A stretch of DNA of 64,000 bases from Spirochaetia bacterium (GTDB lineage Bacteria; Spirochaetota; Spirochaetia; DSM-16054; Sediminispirochaetaceae), in contig JAXHMY010000002.1 of the NCBI GenBank assembly GCA_034520965.1, forward strand, positions 64,001 to 128,000, in the 5' to 3' direction. Shown here in pieces: positions 21,501 to 31,403 of this stretch; within the stretch, counting starts at the first letter, position 1, and each line of letters begins with the position of its first letter. The position numbers and the translations under genes were made by a program. Under the pieces are notes generated by a model. It made no database searches. It was not told where the DNA came from and saw only the letters and a program-made list of their open reading frames with translations.

Positions 21501-23593
21501 ATAAGCGTTATACCCAGGGCCTTACTTTTTATCAAGGCAATACAGCAGAAAGGCTTGAAATAGAGGCATATTCCCAAAACAGTTTTGGGAATAGAAGCGA
21601 GATTTCCAAGAAAACGGTGTCCTTAAAGCAATTTAATCAGCCCTTCATCTCTGGAGTAGAAGATGGGCGGCTATATACCGAGGATGTGCACATCAAACCG
21701 GCACACAGTAGCTTAGATGTACGTTATGAATTATCAAGCAGTAAATACAGCGGTGATTCTCTGAGTGCACTTTCCCCAAAGTTGTTCAAACCCATCTCTG
21801 TTCGTCTCAGTCCTGGTCAAGCAGAAGAGTACCGATTGTCCGTTGGTCTATATGATGACGAGAGTGATTCAATTCATTCTATTCAAAGTTACGAGTTTGT
21901 AATTGATAAGGCGGCACCACTTCCACCACAGATAGTCGGCATTCAGCCGGGCTACCATTACACGGAAGATCAGACCATACGATTTATTACAAAAAGGGAT
22001 GCTACGGTCTACTTCCGCACCAGGGAAGAGGCGCGGGGCAACACCTCCTTCAGACCCTATGTGCAGCCGGAGAAGATAAGTGTCCGTCCTGGAACCAGGA
22101 AAAATATTGTTGTAGAAGCGTGGGCCGAAGACAGTGCCGGAAATAGAAGCCGGGAGGTTACTGAGAGCTTTGTTATTGATAAAGAAAGCATTTATGTCTC
22201 GCAACAGGGGCAGGACTCATTTTCCGGAGGAAAGGAAGCTCCCTTTCGAAGTATTGATAGAGCCTTATACGAGGCATCCTCCTCCAGCAGAAATACTATT
22301 TATCTTGCTGCAGGTGACTATACAATCAGCGATCCGGTTTCCGTAACAAAACAGCTTAATATAGTCGGAGAAGCTGCTGGAAAAACTACGCTGAAAGCAG
22401 GCAGCGAATTCAGCAGCCTTCAACCACTTTTTACAGTGTCCCGGGGGACCCTAAAGATAGAGGATGTCCTTATATCAAACAACCTTCACAGCCCTTTGGT
22501 GGTGCAAGAGGGTGAGTATTCGAGGACAGTTATCCGTAACAGCACCATTCTACACAAACAACAGGAAGCTCACACTGTTATGTGGTCACAGGCGGGCGAG
22601 CTTGTTCTACACAATACCCTGATAGAAACTGATTCTGTTCGTGATGGAAGCATACTCAAAATTGACGACAGTACTGCAGATCTGAGTGACTCTACAGTCA
22701 GAGTGAACAAGAGCTCTCACAATCTGGCGCTGCTGCAGCTGCAGAGTTCCGACATCAAAATCAGCGGCACAAATCTTGCAGCAGTAGAATCTGAAATAGT
22801 ACAGGTAATAAGCGCTGAAAAAGCTGAAATTATTATTGAAAACAGCTCGATCGATTACGGCTCATCCAAAACAAGAGCCACGGGTATTCAGCAGATTGAT
22901 GGAACCTTGACTTTGAAGGATACACGCATTGGCAATGGTAAGGGATCGGCACATATCGCTGCCGGTATTAAACTGGAGAATGTGGAGGCCGAAATTGTGG
23001 GTACTACTTTAGACGGATCTGCCGAGCTTGGTATTATTCAACTGCAAGCTAAAAACAGCCGTCTAAACCTTCAAAATTCTAGCTTAATAAACGCCCGCAC
23101 CCAGGAGTTTTCATACCTGATGAGACTGCAGGGGGGCAGCAGCAGCTTAAGTAATACTCAGCTTAAGGCTGATAGTTCGTACAATGTGTATGGGGTCGAA
23201 TTAAGGGACCAAGCGGTGGTGATGCTGCAGGACAGCGAGATAGAGCTGTATCGGGGCGAGAGCAGTACCTACGGCATTATCATCCAAGGGCCGGTGCTGT
23301 GCACGGTCCAGAACAGCCGGCTTATCAACATTCCTGACCAGGCCTCTAATGGGACCGGCTCGATTGCAGTACTGCAAGAAGATTCCCGGGGCGACGTTAA
23401 ATTACTCGATAATCTGTTTCGCGGCTGGACCTACCTGCTCAGCAGCCCTGAAGTACAGGCCCGCGATGTAGAGACCCTTGAGGCTGAGCTCCCGCCCCTT
23501 CGAAACAAGCACCCCCCACCAGGGAAACCGGGTAGAATAAAAAAAGCCCCGCAGTCAGGCTGCAGGCAGCCGCGCTACGGGGTTTTTATCTGA
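18512..23593 (+). CDS. Large secreted protein: Ig/FN3-like repeats, CHB_HEX_C-like module and C-terminal DUF1565/beta-helix domain (true stop probably TAA 23538-23540)
   Basis: Signal peptide; about 7 AxDxAGNxS-type motifs; IYYTTDGSTP; IYVSQQGQDSFSGGKEAPFRSIDRAL; removing one C from the run at 23512-23517 ends the gene just before the terminator. Confidence 0.8.
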   Translation: MNIPNMDKSQKIAVLFFLLLLGMVHLYAQENTVTPTPSPGAFSEALYVHIESNLDKPVQYRFSKSSDDTWVDYTQALRLSALSGEERTFTLQVRVQNTGTDTVESFQYVIDRRMPNEPEIEIRRQDAGYFVNFSIDENQAQVKYWLSSFEQPEFKAWNRKMLAAPQKSVVKAYSVDEAGNRSRVVTKKLPELHPCRSSSEIDIPSPVAGTFVNAQWLIIPNANCFEWIRYSLETETSRSDETAYTAPVLIRTIGTITLRVQAKPYYQEQLSEKKLEFTITKPKDSILNAFSASATKTSGPVEDLRSFPLPSAEKGVELYYSLEDTPVNPNHPQLVSPIPVKLSEGMKNFLAYRIGAYLPNEDRMLQYRFFYIIDERIPPNPQFRLSDTLPFRSKLQVALEAGKGAEIYYTTDGSTPDRFSNRYAGPFNITSDGNSDLGIIPVQAVARYPNGNSSEIVRKQLPYDRRAPSPPSYDILKVDKYGADIQVDHPDPSMEIVYAVGYGNTPPLQINRNSPVISRNLRVDFPYGFQGKAFVRFAARDKAGNISTATATARVEVDSVPPEAPSIRRDQQKLMITGSHDLFYRVQGTNDGFKEYTGPIDLNVEDKLRQKFEVAAYAEDSRNNRSISTERVFFIDTRTPKPPQIISNVDSSIVNRPILVRCIGPYADSVVYYKLFRVAKGDNLPEVAEDSKPGFSDSLYSEPIQLSGAEDREVLYVVRARSYLPSADVWSPVTSSSFTIDRKTPEAVKLGSIIGKTRLFSEAVTVQAEAASEEEESWIYVAEEEPTAADISIEKILSEGVPLSRGVLVEGVEGEEKKYRIHSATVDKAGNSDRSKTVELTLDRKKPEIPRLEGLPAEADTNKQVKIFAPDDYQHKIIYELAVNQGLPQVPTADSSVLNDSPLVLSGTPENDGGINHYAISFRGLDQAGNMSPVKTEHVRISQIKPQPPQIVVEHIGKQQFLIQIDAEHEMSIYAKINDAKINDAKINDAKINDANYKRYTQGLTFYQGNTAERLEIEAYSQNSFGNRSEISKKTVSLKQFNQPFISGVEDGRLYTEDVHIKPAHSSLDVRYELSSSKYSGDSLSALSPKLFKPISVRLSPGQAEEYRLSVGLYDDESDSIHSIQSYEFVIDKAAPLPPQIVGIQPGYHYTEDQTIRFITKRDATVYFRTREEARGNTSFRPYVQPEKISVRPGTRKNIVVEAWAEDSAGNRSREVTESFVIDKESIYVSQQGQDSFSGGKEAPFRSIDRALYEASSSSRNTIYLAAGDYTISDPVSVTKQLNIVGEAAGKTTLKAGSEFSSLQPLFTVSRGTLKIEDVLISNNLHSPLVVQEGEYSRTVIRNSTILHKQQEAHTVMWSQAGELVLHNTLIETDSVRDGSILKIDDSTADLSDSTVRVNKSSHNLALLQLQSSDIKISGTNLAAVESEIVQVISAEKAEIIIENSSIDYGSSKTRATGIQQIDGTLTLKDTRIGNGKGSAHIAAGIKLENVEAEIVGTTLDGSAELGIIQLQAKNSRLNLQNSSLINARTQEFSYLMRLQGGSSSLSNTQLKADSSYNVYGVELRDQAVVMLQDSEIELYRGESSTYGIIIQGPVLCTVQNSRLINIPDQASNGTGSIAVLQEDSRGDVKLLDNLFRGWTYLLSSPEVQARDVETLEAELPPLRNKHPPPGKPGRIKKAPQSGCRQPRYGVFI
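21434..21498 (+). repeat. In-frame 15-bp tandem repeat (GCAAAAATAAACGAC)x4.3 encoding (AKIND)4
   Basis: Four perfect copies plus GCAAA read directly. Confidence 0.95.
23541..23588. terminator. Probable bidirectional terminator between convergent genes
   Basis: AAAAAGCCCCG…CGGGGTTTTT with an internal GGCTGC/GCAGCC stem. Confidence 0.6.
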
Positions 23594-23606
23594 ACAAGTA
23601 ACTACA

Positions 23607-24645
23607 CTACTGGCGTTCAAACTTGCCTGAACCGGTACGCTTCCACAGTCCGTTCTGGGTAGCCAGATAAATATCATCATTAGAAGGTGCTTGATATACC
23701 TGGTATACCAGCGCACTGGCCAATTCAGGGTAACTGGCCGCATAGTCATCGGGGCTTTCGGTAAAAGTGTAACTGGTAAGCTCCATCTGATAATGGCCGT
23801 TATACGTACCAATCATCAAGTAATCCGTTCCACTAATAGTCACAACCGACGCCGATCCATACTCTGCTTCAACTGATCCATCAACGGTGGTTATATGAGT
23901 CCAAACGCCCCCAGTTGTCAAGCTGAAAACCTCTCCGTTGGTTGTAACCAGGTACAGGTCTGTTCCATCATCGGTAATTGCTGCGAAATCTCCATTTTTT
24001 TCAGGTGGACTACTGAAACCGGTATCGTCCAAAGTAGAACCATCCCAACTATACACAGTTGAATCTGTTATAAGATAGTGAGTAGTATCACCAGTTAAAT
24101 AAGTTCCGTCTACTATGGAAACTGTGCCTACTGAGGTTTCTCCACTTATGCCTGATAAAGGTTTTTTTATGTGTAAAGTCCCTCCGTTGAGCTTTAAGGC
24201 AAAGGTATCGAACCCGATATCAACCAATTTTTCCATCATCAGAAAAGCTATCTACGGTTGTCCAGCCTCCACTTAGGCTCCTAATTTTTCCATCATCTAA
24301 ATTTTCATCATCGTTATTGAAGTAAGCATATAAGGTATCTGAATCTTCCACGATGTTATAGGCAAATCCGCCGTCGAGGCTGTTCCAGTTGTCGCCGGAT
24401 TGCTCCCACACGGTTCGGCCGCCAAGTGCGTAGATTGTATTGGAGTTGGCTTCAACCACCTGGTATACATCTACCTCTGAAATTTTGGAGGTTATCTGTT
24501 TCTTCTCCTGGCTGATGGTGTAGAAAATACCGACCCCGTCCTGGTTGCAGCCGGCGGAGAGTAAGGATAGCAGAGAGAGCAGGGCAAGGGTGCTAATGCC
24601 TATCATCGCTCTGCCTAGTGCTGTTCTATATTTTTGAATGCTCAT
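23607..24645 (-). CDS. Lipoprotein, beta-rich (possibly beta-propeller), split by a frameshift at 24228-24232
   Basis: ATG 24645 after AGAGG; lipobox LSAG-C; removing one base from the homopolymer joins ORFs 24220-24645 and 23607-24239. Confidence 0.7.
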
Positions 24646-24655
24646 AATGTTACCT

Positions 24656-25358
24656 CTATGAAAAATGGTATCGAGCCGAAAAACTAAGCTCAAGAAAATT
24701 ACCAAAGCTGGAGTTTTCTGATTTATCAAAATAGAGTTACAGGTACCCACCAATAGTCCAAGCTAAGGCCAAGGCCCCACTCTGCGTTCAAATTGTAGTA
24801 GCCGGAAATACCTGGAATTGCAATCGGTCCCATATACAGCTGATCTTGAACCCGGTTAATTACGAAGCCCCCCTGCAGGGATACCGGAAACTCAAAGGAA
24901 CCGTAACGGAACAGGTATTCGGCAAACATGGTAATAGGAATCAGGCTGTTTACGTACCCGTTCGGGGTAAATGAAAAAGAGCCTGCAAGTTCAACTCCAA
25001 TGGCAAAGCGGGTGGTTAAGTAACTTCCCCAACTCAAAGAGCCGCTGCCGCCCAGGCTAAGCTGGCCAAAGGCCGGTTCAAAGGTACTGACATCCTCGTT
25101 ATCTCCCGCTGCAGGGAAGTGGAAAAACAGCGGAATATACAGTCCCGTATCAATAGTAAAAATCTGGCTTCCCAGGTCGTATGCTTCCAGGAATTGTTCT
25201 TCCTCAGGATACCCTTCGGCGGGAGGTTCTTTTTCTTCCGGACGTTCCTGGAAGTCGCCATCAGGTTCCTGCTCTTCTTGGGCACTTAAGGCGAAGGGCA
25301 TGCCCCCCAGAAACAGCAAAATTATCAGTAAAAATGTAAATGTATGAAGTCTTGACAT
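24656..25358 (-). CDS. TP0733-family (OmpW/OprG-like) outer membrane beta-barrel; frameshift near 24740
   Basis: Signal peptide, amphipathic strands, YWWVP; the alternative frame continues …SSFGNFLELSFSARYHFS* with a beta-signal-like end; divergent from folD, as recalled for treponemes. Confidence 0.7.
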
Positions 25359-25530
25359 ATATTTCCAATCTTCCTTCTATTCAAAATAGAGTCTAGTTGA
25401 ACTGAATAGTAACACTCCCACATTCTTTTATCAACACAGCTATAAGTAATAATTTGGCATGCCATATATCGTAAAATAGTATTATATATTATAATATTCT
25501 TATATCTATATGCACAAAAGGAGTTTCTAT

Positions 25531-26418
25531 ATGTCTGCCGAGATTATTGATGGAAAAGAACTTGCAAAGGAGATGCGAGCTGAAATCGCCGAAGAAGTAC
25601 AAAAACTTGCCGCCCAAGGCGTAACTCCCGGACTTGGAGTTGTTTTAGTAGGTGAGGACCCGGCCAGCAACTCTTATGTGAAGGCAAAAGAGCGGGCCTG
25701 TGAAAAGGCCGGTATTTATTCCGACGACAATCGTTTACCAACCGATACCAGCGAGACCAAGCTACTCGAAATAATTGACCGGATGAACGAAGATCCTAAA
25801 ATACACGGTATTCTTGTCCAGCTGCCCCTGCCCGATCATATTGATGAAGAGAAGGTACTGCTGAGAATAAAACCGGAAAAAGATGTCGACGGGTTTCATC
25901 CCTTCAACGTCGGAAAAATGATGCTTGGCCAGCCGGCCTTTCTGCCGTGTACCCCCCATGGAGTCATTCAGATGCTGATTCGATCGGGAGTGGTTAGCAA
26001 AGGAGCCCATGCGGTTATTGTCGGACGAAGCAATATAGTCGGAAAGCCCCTGGCAAACATGCTGCTGCAAAAGGCTGAAGGGCGCAATGCAACCGTAACG
26101 GTATGTCACTCCGCTACAAAGGATATGGCCTCTATCACCCAGCAGGCGGATATACTGATTGCCGCGGCGGGGAAACCCGAAATGATCACCGCCGATATGG
26201 TCAAGCCCGGAGCGGTAGTGATCGATGTGGGAGTGAACCGAGTAGAAGATTCCAGTAAAAAAAAGGGCTACCGTTTAGTAGGGGATGTGGAATTTGGGCC
26301 GATTGCTGAGAAAGCCTCCAAAATAACCCCGGTCCCCGGGGGCGTTGGGCCAATGACCATTACGATGCTGCTGTACAATACTCTTGAATCGGCAAAAAAC
26401 CATATGAAAGGTTTCTAA
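25531..26418 (+). CDS. folD: Methylenetetrahydrofolate dehydrogenase/cyclohydrolase
   Basis: [44 protein letters not shown] 25531 after AAGGAG. Confidence 0.97.
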   Translation: MSAEIIDGKELAKEMRAEIAEEVQKLAAQGVTPGLGVVLVGEDPASNSYVKAKERACEKAGIYSDDNRLPTDTSETKLLEIIDRMNEDPKIHGILVQLPLPDHIDEEKVLLRIKPEKDVDGFHPFNVGKMMLGQPAFLPCTPHGVIQMLIRSGVVSKGAHAVIVGRSNIVGKPLANMLLQKAEGRNATVTVCHSATKDMASITQQADILIAAAGKPEMITADMVKPGAVVIDVGVNRVEDSSKKKGYRLVGDVEFGPIAEKASKITPVPGGVGPMTITMLLYNTLESAKNHMKGF

Positions 26419-26548
26419 ATTTTGCATTGATAAACACAAGCCCTCTGCTGCGCATATTAGGTGCCGGCCGGGGGCTTTTTGCTGGATACTTCTCATTTTT
26501 TAAACCCTATGGTAGGATAAACGGCGATATTTCCCTGGAGGCCCCCAC

Positions 26549-27799
26549 ATGACAACTCGTAATCTCAAGAAGCAATACCACGAGCTGCACGCAGACAATT
26601 TCCCGCAGACTATGCACATCAGCTTTGGAGAAGACTCATACCTACAAACGTTACAGTTTGAAAAGGTCACCTGGTCGATCGGGGGCGAAGAGAAGGGCTT
26701 GCGCTACGGTGAGAATCCCCATCAATCGGCGGCACTTTATCGCCTACTCAACGGCAATCTGGTGCTTGGGGACGTAGAGGCGATCAGCGCCGATTCTGCC
26801 CTTGTTTCAACTGCTCAGCTAAGAAAATCGGGAAAGCATCCCGGCATGATTAATATTACCGATGTCGACAGCGCTCTAAGTATTCTTAGATACTTTCCTG
26901 AGCATCCTAGCGCTGTAATTATCAAACACAACAACCCCTGCGGGGTAGCCCAGCGGGAAAGTTTAGCCGACAGCTATATACAGGCCTTTATGGCCGATCC
27001 TATTGCTGCATTCGGCGGGGTAGTTGCTCTGAACCGTGAGGTTGATGCAGCTACGGCTGAAGAAATTAACCGCCACTATACCGAAGTAATTGTAGCCCCA
27101 TCCTATACCGATGGGGCAATGCAGCTGTTTGAGAAAAAGAAAAATTTGCGGATTATGGAAATAAAAAATATTGAACGACTGCAACAGCTCACGGCAGCCC
27201 CGCATATCGATTTTCACTCTCTGATAGACGGAGGTCTGGTACTGCAGTGGTCGTATACTACACGAATTATGACTACCGCCGATTTTCTGCCGGCGGAAAC
27301 TGAATATAAGGGCCGGCAGTACCGGGTAAATCGGGCCCCCACCGAGGCTGAACTTCAGGACTTACTGTTTGGCTGGCAGGTAGAAAGCGGGGTAACCAGT
27401 AATTCGGTTCTCTACGTGAAAAACCGCACGACCGTTGGAATTGGTACCGGAGAACAGGACAGGGTCGGCTGTGCGCAGATCGCTAGGGATAAAGCCTATG
27501 CCAAAGCCTTGCAGCGGTTTTCACTGAACCGCTATGGAAAAAATTACCGCGAACTTGAACAGGCGAAGCAGGCCCAGATCGATTCAGAAGTCCATGAGCG
27601 CCATGCAGATATTGAGGGAGGGGTCATGGTTTCAGACGGGTTCTTTCCCTTCAGAGACGGTATTGAAGTGGGTTTACACGAGGGGGTAAACGCCGTAGTA
27701 CAGCCGGGCGGCTCAGTCCGCGATTTTGAATCTATTGAAGCCTGTAACGACTTCGAAGCTGCCATGGTGTTTACCGGGGAGCGTTCTTTTCGTCATTAA
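26549..27799 (+). CDS. purH: AICAR transformylase-type PurH lacking the N-terminal IMP cyclohydrolase domain
   Basis: LRYGENPHQ near the N-terminus, IIKHNNPCG, AFGGVVA, GIGTGEQDR, SDGFFPFRD, QPGGSVRD, TGERSFRH; no MGS-like domain. Confidence 0.85.
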   Translation: MTTRNLKKQYHELHADNFPQTMHISFGEDSYLQTLQFEKVTWSIGGEEKGLRYGENPHQSAALYRLLNGNLVLGDVEAISADSALVSTAQLRKSGKHPGMINITDVDSALSILRYFPEHPSAVIIKHNNPCGVAQRESLADSYIQAFMADPIAAFGGVVALNREVDAATAEEINRHYTEVIVAPSYTDGAMQLFEKKKNLRIMEIKNIERLQQLTAAPHIDFHSLIDGGLVLQWSYTTRIMTTADFLPAETEYKGRQYRVNRAPTEAELQDLLFGWQVESGVTSNSVLYVKNRTTVGIGTGEQDRVGCAQIARDKAYAKALQRFSLNRYGKNYRELEQAKQAQIDSEVHERHADIEGGVMVSDGFFPFRDGIEVGLHEGVNAVVQPGGSVRDFESIEACNDFEAAMVFTGERSFRH

Positions 27800-27833
27800 A
27801 GTTTTTTTCAAAATATCAATTTTGAAAAAAACT
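27800..27833. other. AT-rich inverted repeat between purH and the LCP gene
   Basis: AGTTTTTTTCAAAAT-ATCA-ATTTTGAAAAAAACT. Confidence 0.55.
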
Positions 27834-27848
27834 GCCTAAGGATTAATT

Positions 27849-29993
27849 ATGCGGAATATTAAGAAAACATACATAAGCGTGGCCATCGCAGGCCTGCTTA
27901 CCCTGATAATAGCCGGCGGATGGTTGTTATTGCATCTGCAGCTGCGGCAGGTTCAACAGGATTTCAAAAACTTCACTCAGAACGTAAGTGAGGAAGTCGA
28001 AAACCGGCAATCAACTCTGGAAAGGATCGGTTTAAACCAGAACATACTTTTCAGCAAGCTGAATGAAAGCCGGGAGGCACTGCAGCTGCCGCGCACCGAG
28101 GCCATACCCCTTCAAGCCGAAAGCGGATCGCCCGATAGCGGCTCCTCCGAATCTGCCGCAAGCCAAGGAACCGGAGAAAACACAGGGGATGCGCTTTTCT
28201 TCCGAGGGGTAGAGTACTTTGACGAGTATTACCGCCTGAAGGAATTGCAGCGACGGTTTGCCGCGTATCTTGATAATCAGCAGCTGCAGAATAGTCTGAC
28301 CGAATTAAAACTGAGCCCGCAGCAAAACAGCCAACGCCGATATTCACTTACAAAAAGCGGAGAGCGCCTTTTTATTCTGGATACCCTGTATATACAGGAT
28401 ATTCCCCAGATCAGGGTAAGCTCACGCTTGCATCGGGAAAAAACCTTCAGCCTGAAAAATGTGAACAGCGCTGTGGAAAAATCCGCCAATTATCTAAGAG
28501 AGGAGCTTGCAGAAATTGAGAGGCATGCGAATCTGTTTACCGAAAAACTACAGTATGTGAGGGATTTGTTCCAAAGTAATCAGGTTACACAGTTATTACA
28601 GGAAAAGCGTTTAAAACTCTTGTCACCTGAACCTCCCGCCGGTCAGACCCTGGACACTACTGAGTGGCGTATAAGGAGCGCCGGTACAAACGGCAGCGAC
28701 GGCGGCTGGATATTCAATTTTGGGGTCCGTTTTCAGAATAACCGTTTTTTTATAGAAGAGCAGAGCTATGAGGAGTGGAGCGATTTTAAAGCAGACTTGC
28801 TTGAGCGCATACAACAGATCGATGCTCGCACGCCACAGCAGAGAGATGTTGCCAGGATGCTTAAAGAGCTTTCTTCACTGTCCAAGGACGAGGCCTTTCA
28901 AGCATTTTTGACGGAAAATAATTTAGAGATGAGGTCGGAGCCCCGCGAGGACGGCGATTATTACTATTTTGATCTCTTTCATGAAGACTCACGGCATTAC
29001 GGTGCATTTGCCGTTCTAAAAAAACATGGAAAAATCTACTTAACCGACAGTGAAGACTTAGTCATCTCTGAACTTAAAACAATTTCCTCGGATAACCGTA
29101 TTTCAAGTCAGGCTGGGAAGGACTTGTTCCCCACCGAGGCGAATCAGAATACTGCAATTCAGGAGTTGCCCGAGGCATCTTCAATTTCTATGGCCGGCAA
29201 CAGTAAAGAAACATTGATATTGCTTTGCGGAACCCATGAGAAAAATGCCGATACCATGATGATTGCACGATTATCTAAGGATACCGGAATCCGCCTGCTG
29301 AGCATCCCCCGGGATATCTATTACAAGCAGCGAAGGGTGAGCGATTATTACCGTTTATACGGTATTCAGAAGCTGCGTTCGGTAGTGGAAGAGCTTACCG
29401 GGATAGAGTTTGACGGACATATAACGGTTGATATGTACGCTTTTATCGATGTGGTTAATATCCTAGACGGGATAAACGTGTATCTTGATAAAGCGCTGAT
29501 TGACCCGACCTATAGAATACGGGAGCACGGAGAATGGAAAACCCTGTATTTTAAAGCAGGAGAGCACCATCTAACGGGAATCGAAGCCCTGCGGATAGCC
29601 CGGTCACGCCACACCTCGGATGATTTCGACCGAGCGTATCGACAACAGTTGGTCATAAAAGCCCTTTTTAAAAAGCTGAACAGCCTGCATGCGGGAAATC
29701 TGCAGGAGGTATATAACTTGTTCAAGGTGCTGTCCGAATACGTGGATACTGACTTTTCAGCTTACGATTTAGCCCAGTTCTTTCTAAAGTATCATAACGC
29801 CGATCTGGAGCCGCGGAAAAGCATTTCTACCGATAATATTCTCTATACTACCTACAGCAACTACTATCTCTCCGGCTTGACTGAAGAGGAAGTTGACGAC
29901 GATTTTAATAAGGGTGCCTGGATTTTACTACCGAAAGACAATGAGTGGGAGCTTATCCCCCGATTTGTGTACCAGCAGCTTTACACCGATTAA
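27849..29993 (+). CDS. LytR-CpsA-Psr (LCP) family protein with a long N-terminal extracytoplasmic extension
   Basis: N-terminal TM; C-terminal ADTMMI, SIPRD, RIARSRH, DFDRAYRQQ. Confidence 0.85.
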   Translation: MRNIKKTYISVAIAGLLTLIIAGGWLLLHLQLRQVQQDFKNFTQNVSEEVENRQSTLERIGLNQNILFSKLNESREALQLPRTEAIPLQAESGSPDSGSSESAASQGTGENTGDALFFRGVEYFDEYYRLKELQRRFAAYLDNQQLQNSLTELKLSPQQNSQRRYSLTKSGERLFILDTLYIQDIPQIRVSSRLHREKTFSLKNVNSAVEKSANYLREELAEIERHANLFTEKLQYVRDLFQSNQVTQLLQEKRLKLLSPEPPAGQTLDTTEWRIRSAGTNGSDGGWIFNFGVRFQNNRFFIEEQSYEEWSDFKADLLERIQQIDARTPQQRDVARMLKELSSLSKDEAFQAFLTENNLEMRSEPREDGDYYYFDLFHEDSRHYGAFAVLKKHGKIYLTDSEDLVISELKTISSDNRISSQAGKDLFPTEANQNTAIQELPEASSISMAGNSKETLILLCGTHEKNADTMMIARLSKDTGIRLLSIPRDIYYKQRRVSDYYRLYGIQKLRSVVEELTGIEFDGHITVDMYAFIDVVNILDGINVYLDKALIDPTYRIREHGEWKTLYFKAGEHHLTGIEALRIARSRHTSDDFDRAYRQQLVIKALFKKLNSLHAGNLQEVYNLFKVLSEYVDTDFSAYDLAQFFLKYHNADLEPRKSISTDNILYTTYSNYYLSGLTEEEVDDDFNKGAWILLPKDNEWELIPRFVYQQLYTD

Positions 29994-30012
29994 TTGACAG
30001 GAGCTTTGCTAA

Positions 30013-31398
30013 ATGTCCAAGAAATATTGGCTTGAAATATACGGATGCCAAATGAATTTTGCCGAAGGCTATGCCCTGGAAAACAGCCTAAAACAGCAGG
30101 GGTGGGAACAGGCCGATGTGCCGGAAAAGGCGGACGCGGTTATTCTGCATACCTGCTCGGTTCGTCAGACTGCGGAAAACCGCATCTGGGGAAGAATCGG
30201 TTTTTTTAAACATCTGAAACAGAGAAATCCTGCTAAGCTGGTGGTGATGGGCTGCATGGCAGAACGCTTAAAGGTGGAACTACGTAAGAAGGAACCGGCA
30301 ATTGATCTGGTAGTCGGAAACTTTGAGAAAGAGCAGCTGCCGGATTTAATTGAAGGCCTGAACAGAAACCACCAGCCCGGTATAACACAAACTCCACATA
30401 TTGCGTCCACAGCTCTAAGCCCCGGAAAAGAAGAGTATGAAAGCCCGGAGGAAAAGCCGTTTCATTTTCAAGATTCCCATCAAAGGGAGAGAGATTTCCA
30501 TGCATTTGTACCGATAATGCACGGCTGCGATAATTTTTGTACCTACTGCATCGTGCCCCATGTCCGCGGACGCGAGGTATCACGTTCGCCCCAAAATATT
30601 CGCCGCGAGCTGCAGGGCTTAGAGGCAAATGGAGTCAAAGAAATAACCCTGCTAGGCCAGAATGTAAACTCTTACTCCTATGGCAGGGACGCTACAGATT
30701 CCGTCACCCGGCAGTATAAGTTTCCCGATATTCTGAAGGAAATAGTAGATCAGCTTGATCACATCGAGTGGGTCAGATTTCTGACCTCCCACCCAAAGGA
30801 TATTCCCCAGCAACTCATCGCAATGATCGCCTCTGAACCGCGGTTGTGCTCACATATACACTTGCCGGTACAGCATGGTTCAAGTTCAGTCTTGAAGAGA
30901 ATGAACCGAAAATATACAAGAGACGATTATTTGCAGTTGGTCACCCAGATACGTAGCAGTATTGACGAACCGGCTCTTACAACTGATATTATGATTGGAT
31001 TTCCGGGAGAAACGGAGGCTGATTTTCAGGCTACCCTCGATTTAATGCAGGAGGTTGAGTTTGACGATGCTTTTATGTACTACTTCAATCCTCGCTCAGG
31101 AACTCCGGCAGCCGAGTTCGAAGGTCAAATTGACCATCAAACTAAGCTTAACCGCTTGTCGGAAATAATTGCCCTGCAAAAAGAGATAAGCCGAAAGAGA
31201 AGAGTGAAGCGCGTGGGTAAGGAAGAACGGGTGTTGGTTGAATCACCCTCCAAAAAGAATCCCAGGGAACTTCTGGCTAGAACGGAAAGGGATCATAGGG
31301 TCGTCTTTCCAGGGGATTCCTCTCTCATCGGCCAATTCGTCAAAGTGCGAATCGACTCGATGATTGGGAATACTCTTAAAGGCATTTATACAGGCTGA
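30013..31398 (+). CDS. miaB: tRNA-i6A37 methylthiotransferase MiaB
   Basis: YGCQMN, TCSVR, GCMA, CDNFCTYC, LLGQNVNSY, C-terminal TRAM domain. Confidence 0.95.
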   Translation: MSKKYWLEIYGCQMNFAEGYALENSLKQQGWEQADVPEKADAVILHTCSVRQTAENRIWGRIGFFKHLKQRNPAKLVVMGCMAERLKVELRKKEPAIDLVVGNFEKEQLPDLIEGLNRNHQPGITQTPHIASTALSPGKEEYESPEEKPFHFQDSHQRERDFHAFVPIMHGCDNFCTYCIVPHVRGREVSRSPQNIRRELQGLEANGVKEITLLGQNVNSYSYGRDATDSVTRQYKFPDILKEIVDQLDHIEWVRFLTSHPKDIPQQLIAMIASEPRLCSHIHLPVQHGSSSVLKRMNRKYTRDDYLQLVTQIRSSIDEPALTTDIMIGFPGETEADFQATLDLMQEVEFDDAFMYYFNPRSGTPAAEFEGQIDHQTKLNRLSEIIALQKEISRKRRVKRVGKEERVLVESPSKKNPRELLARTERDHRVVFPGDSSLIGQFVKVRIDSMIGNTLKGIYTG

Positions 31399-31403
31399 GG
31401 CTT

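Noticed and set aside
26419..26548. ZTP (pfl) riboswitch between folD and purH
   Set aside because: A GC-rich hairpin with T-tail is present, but I could not find the conserved ZTP aptamer motifs; more likely a folD terminator
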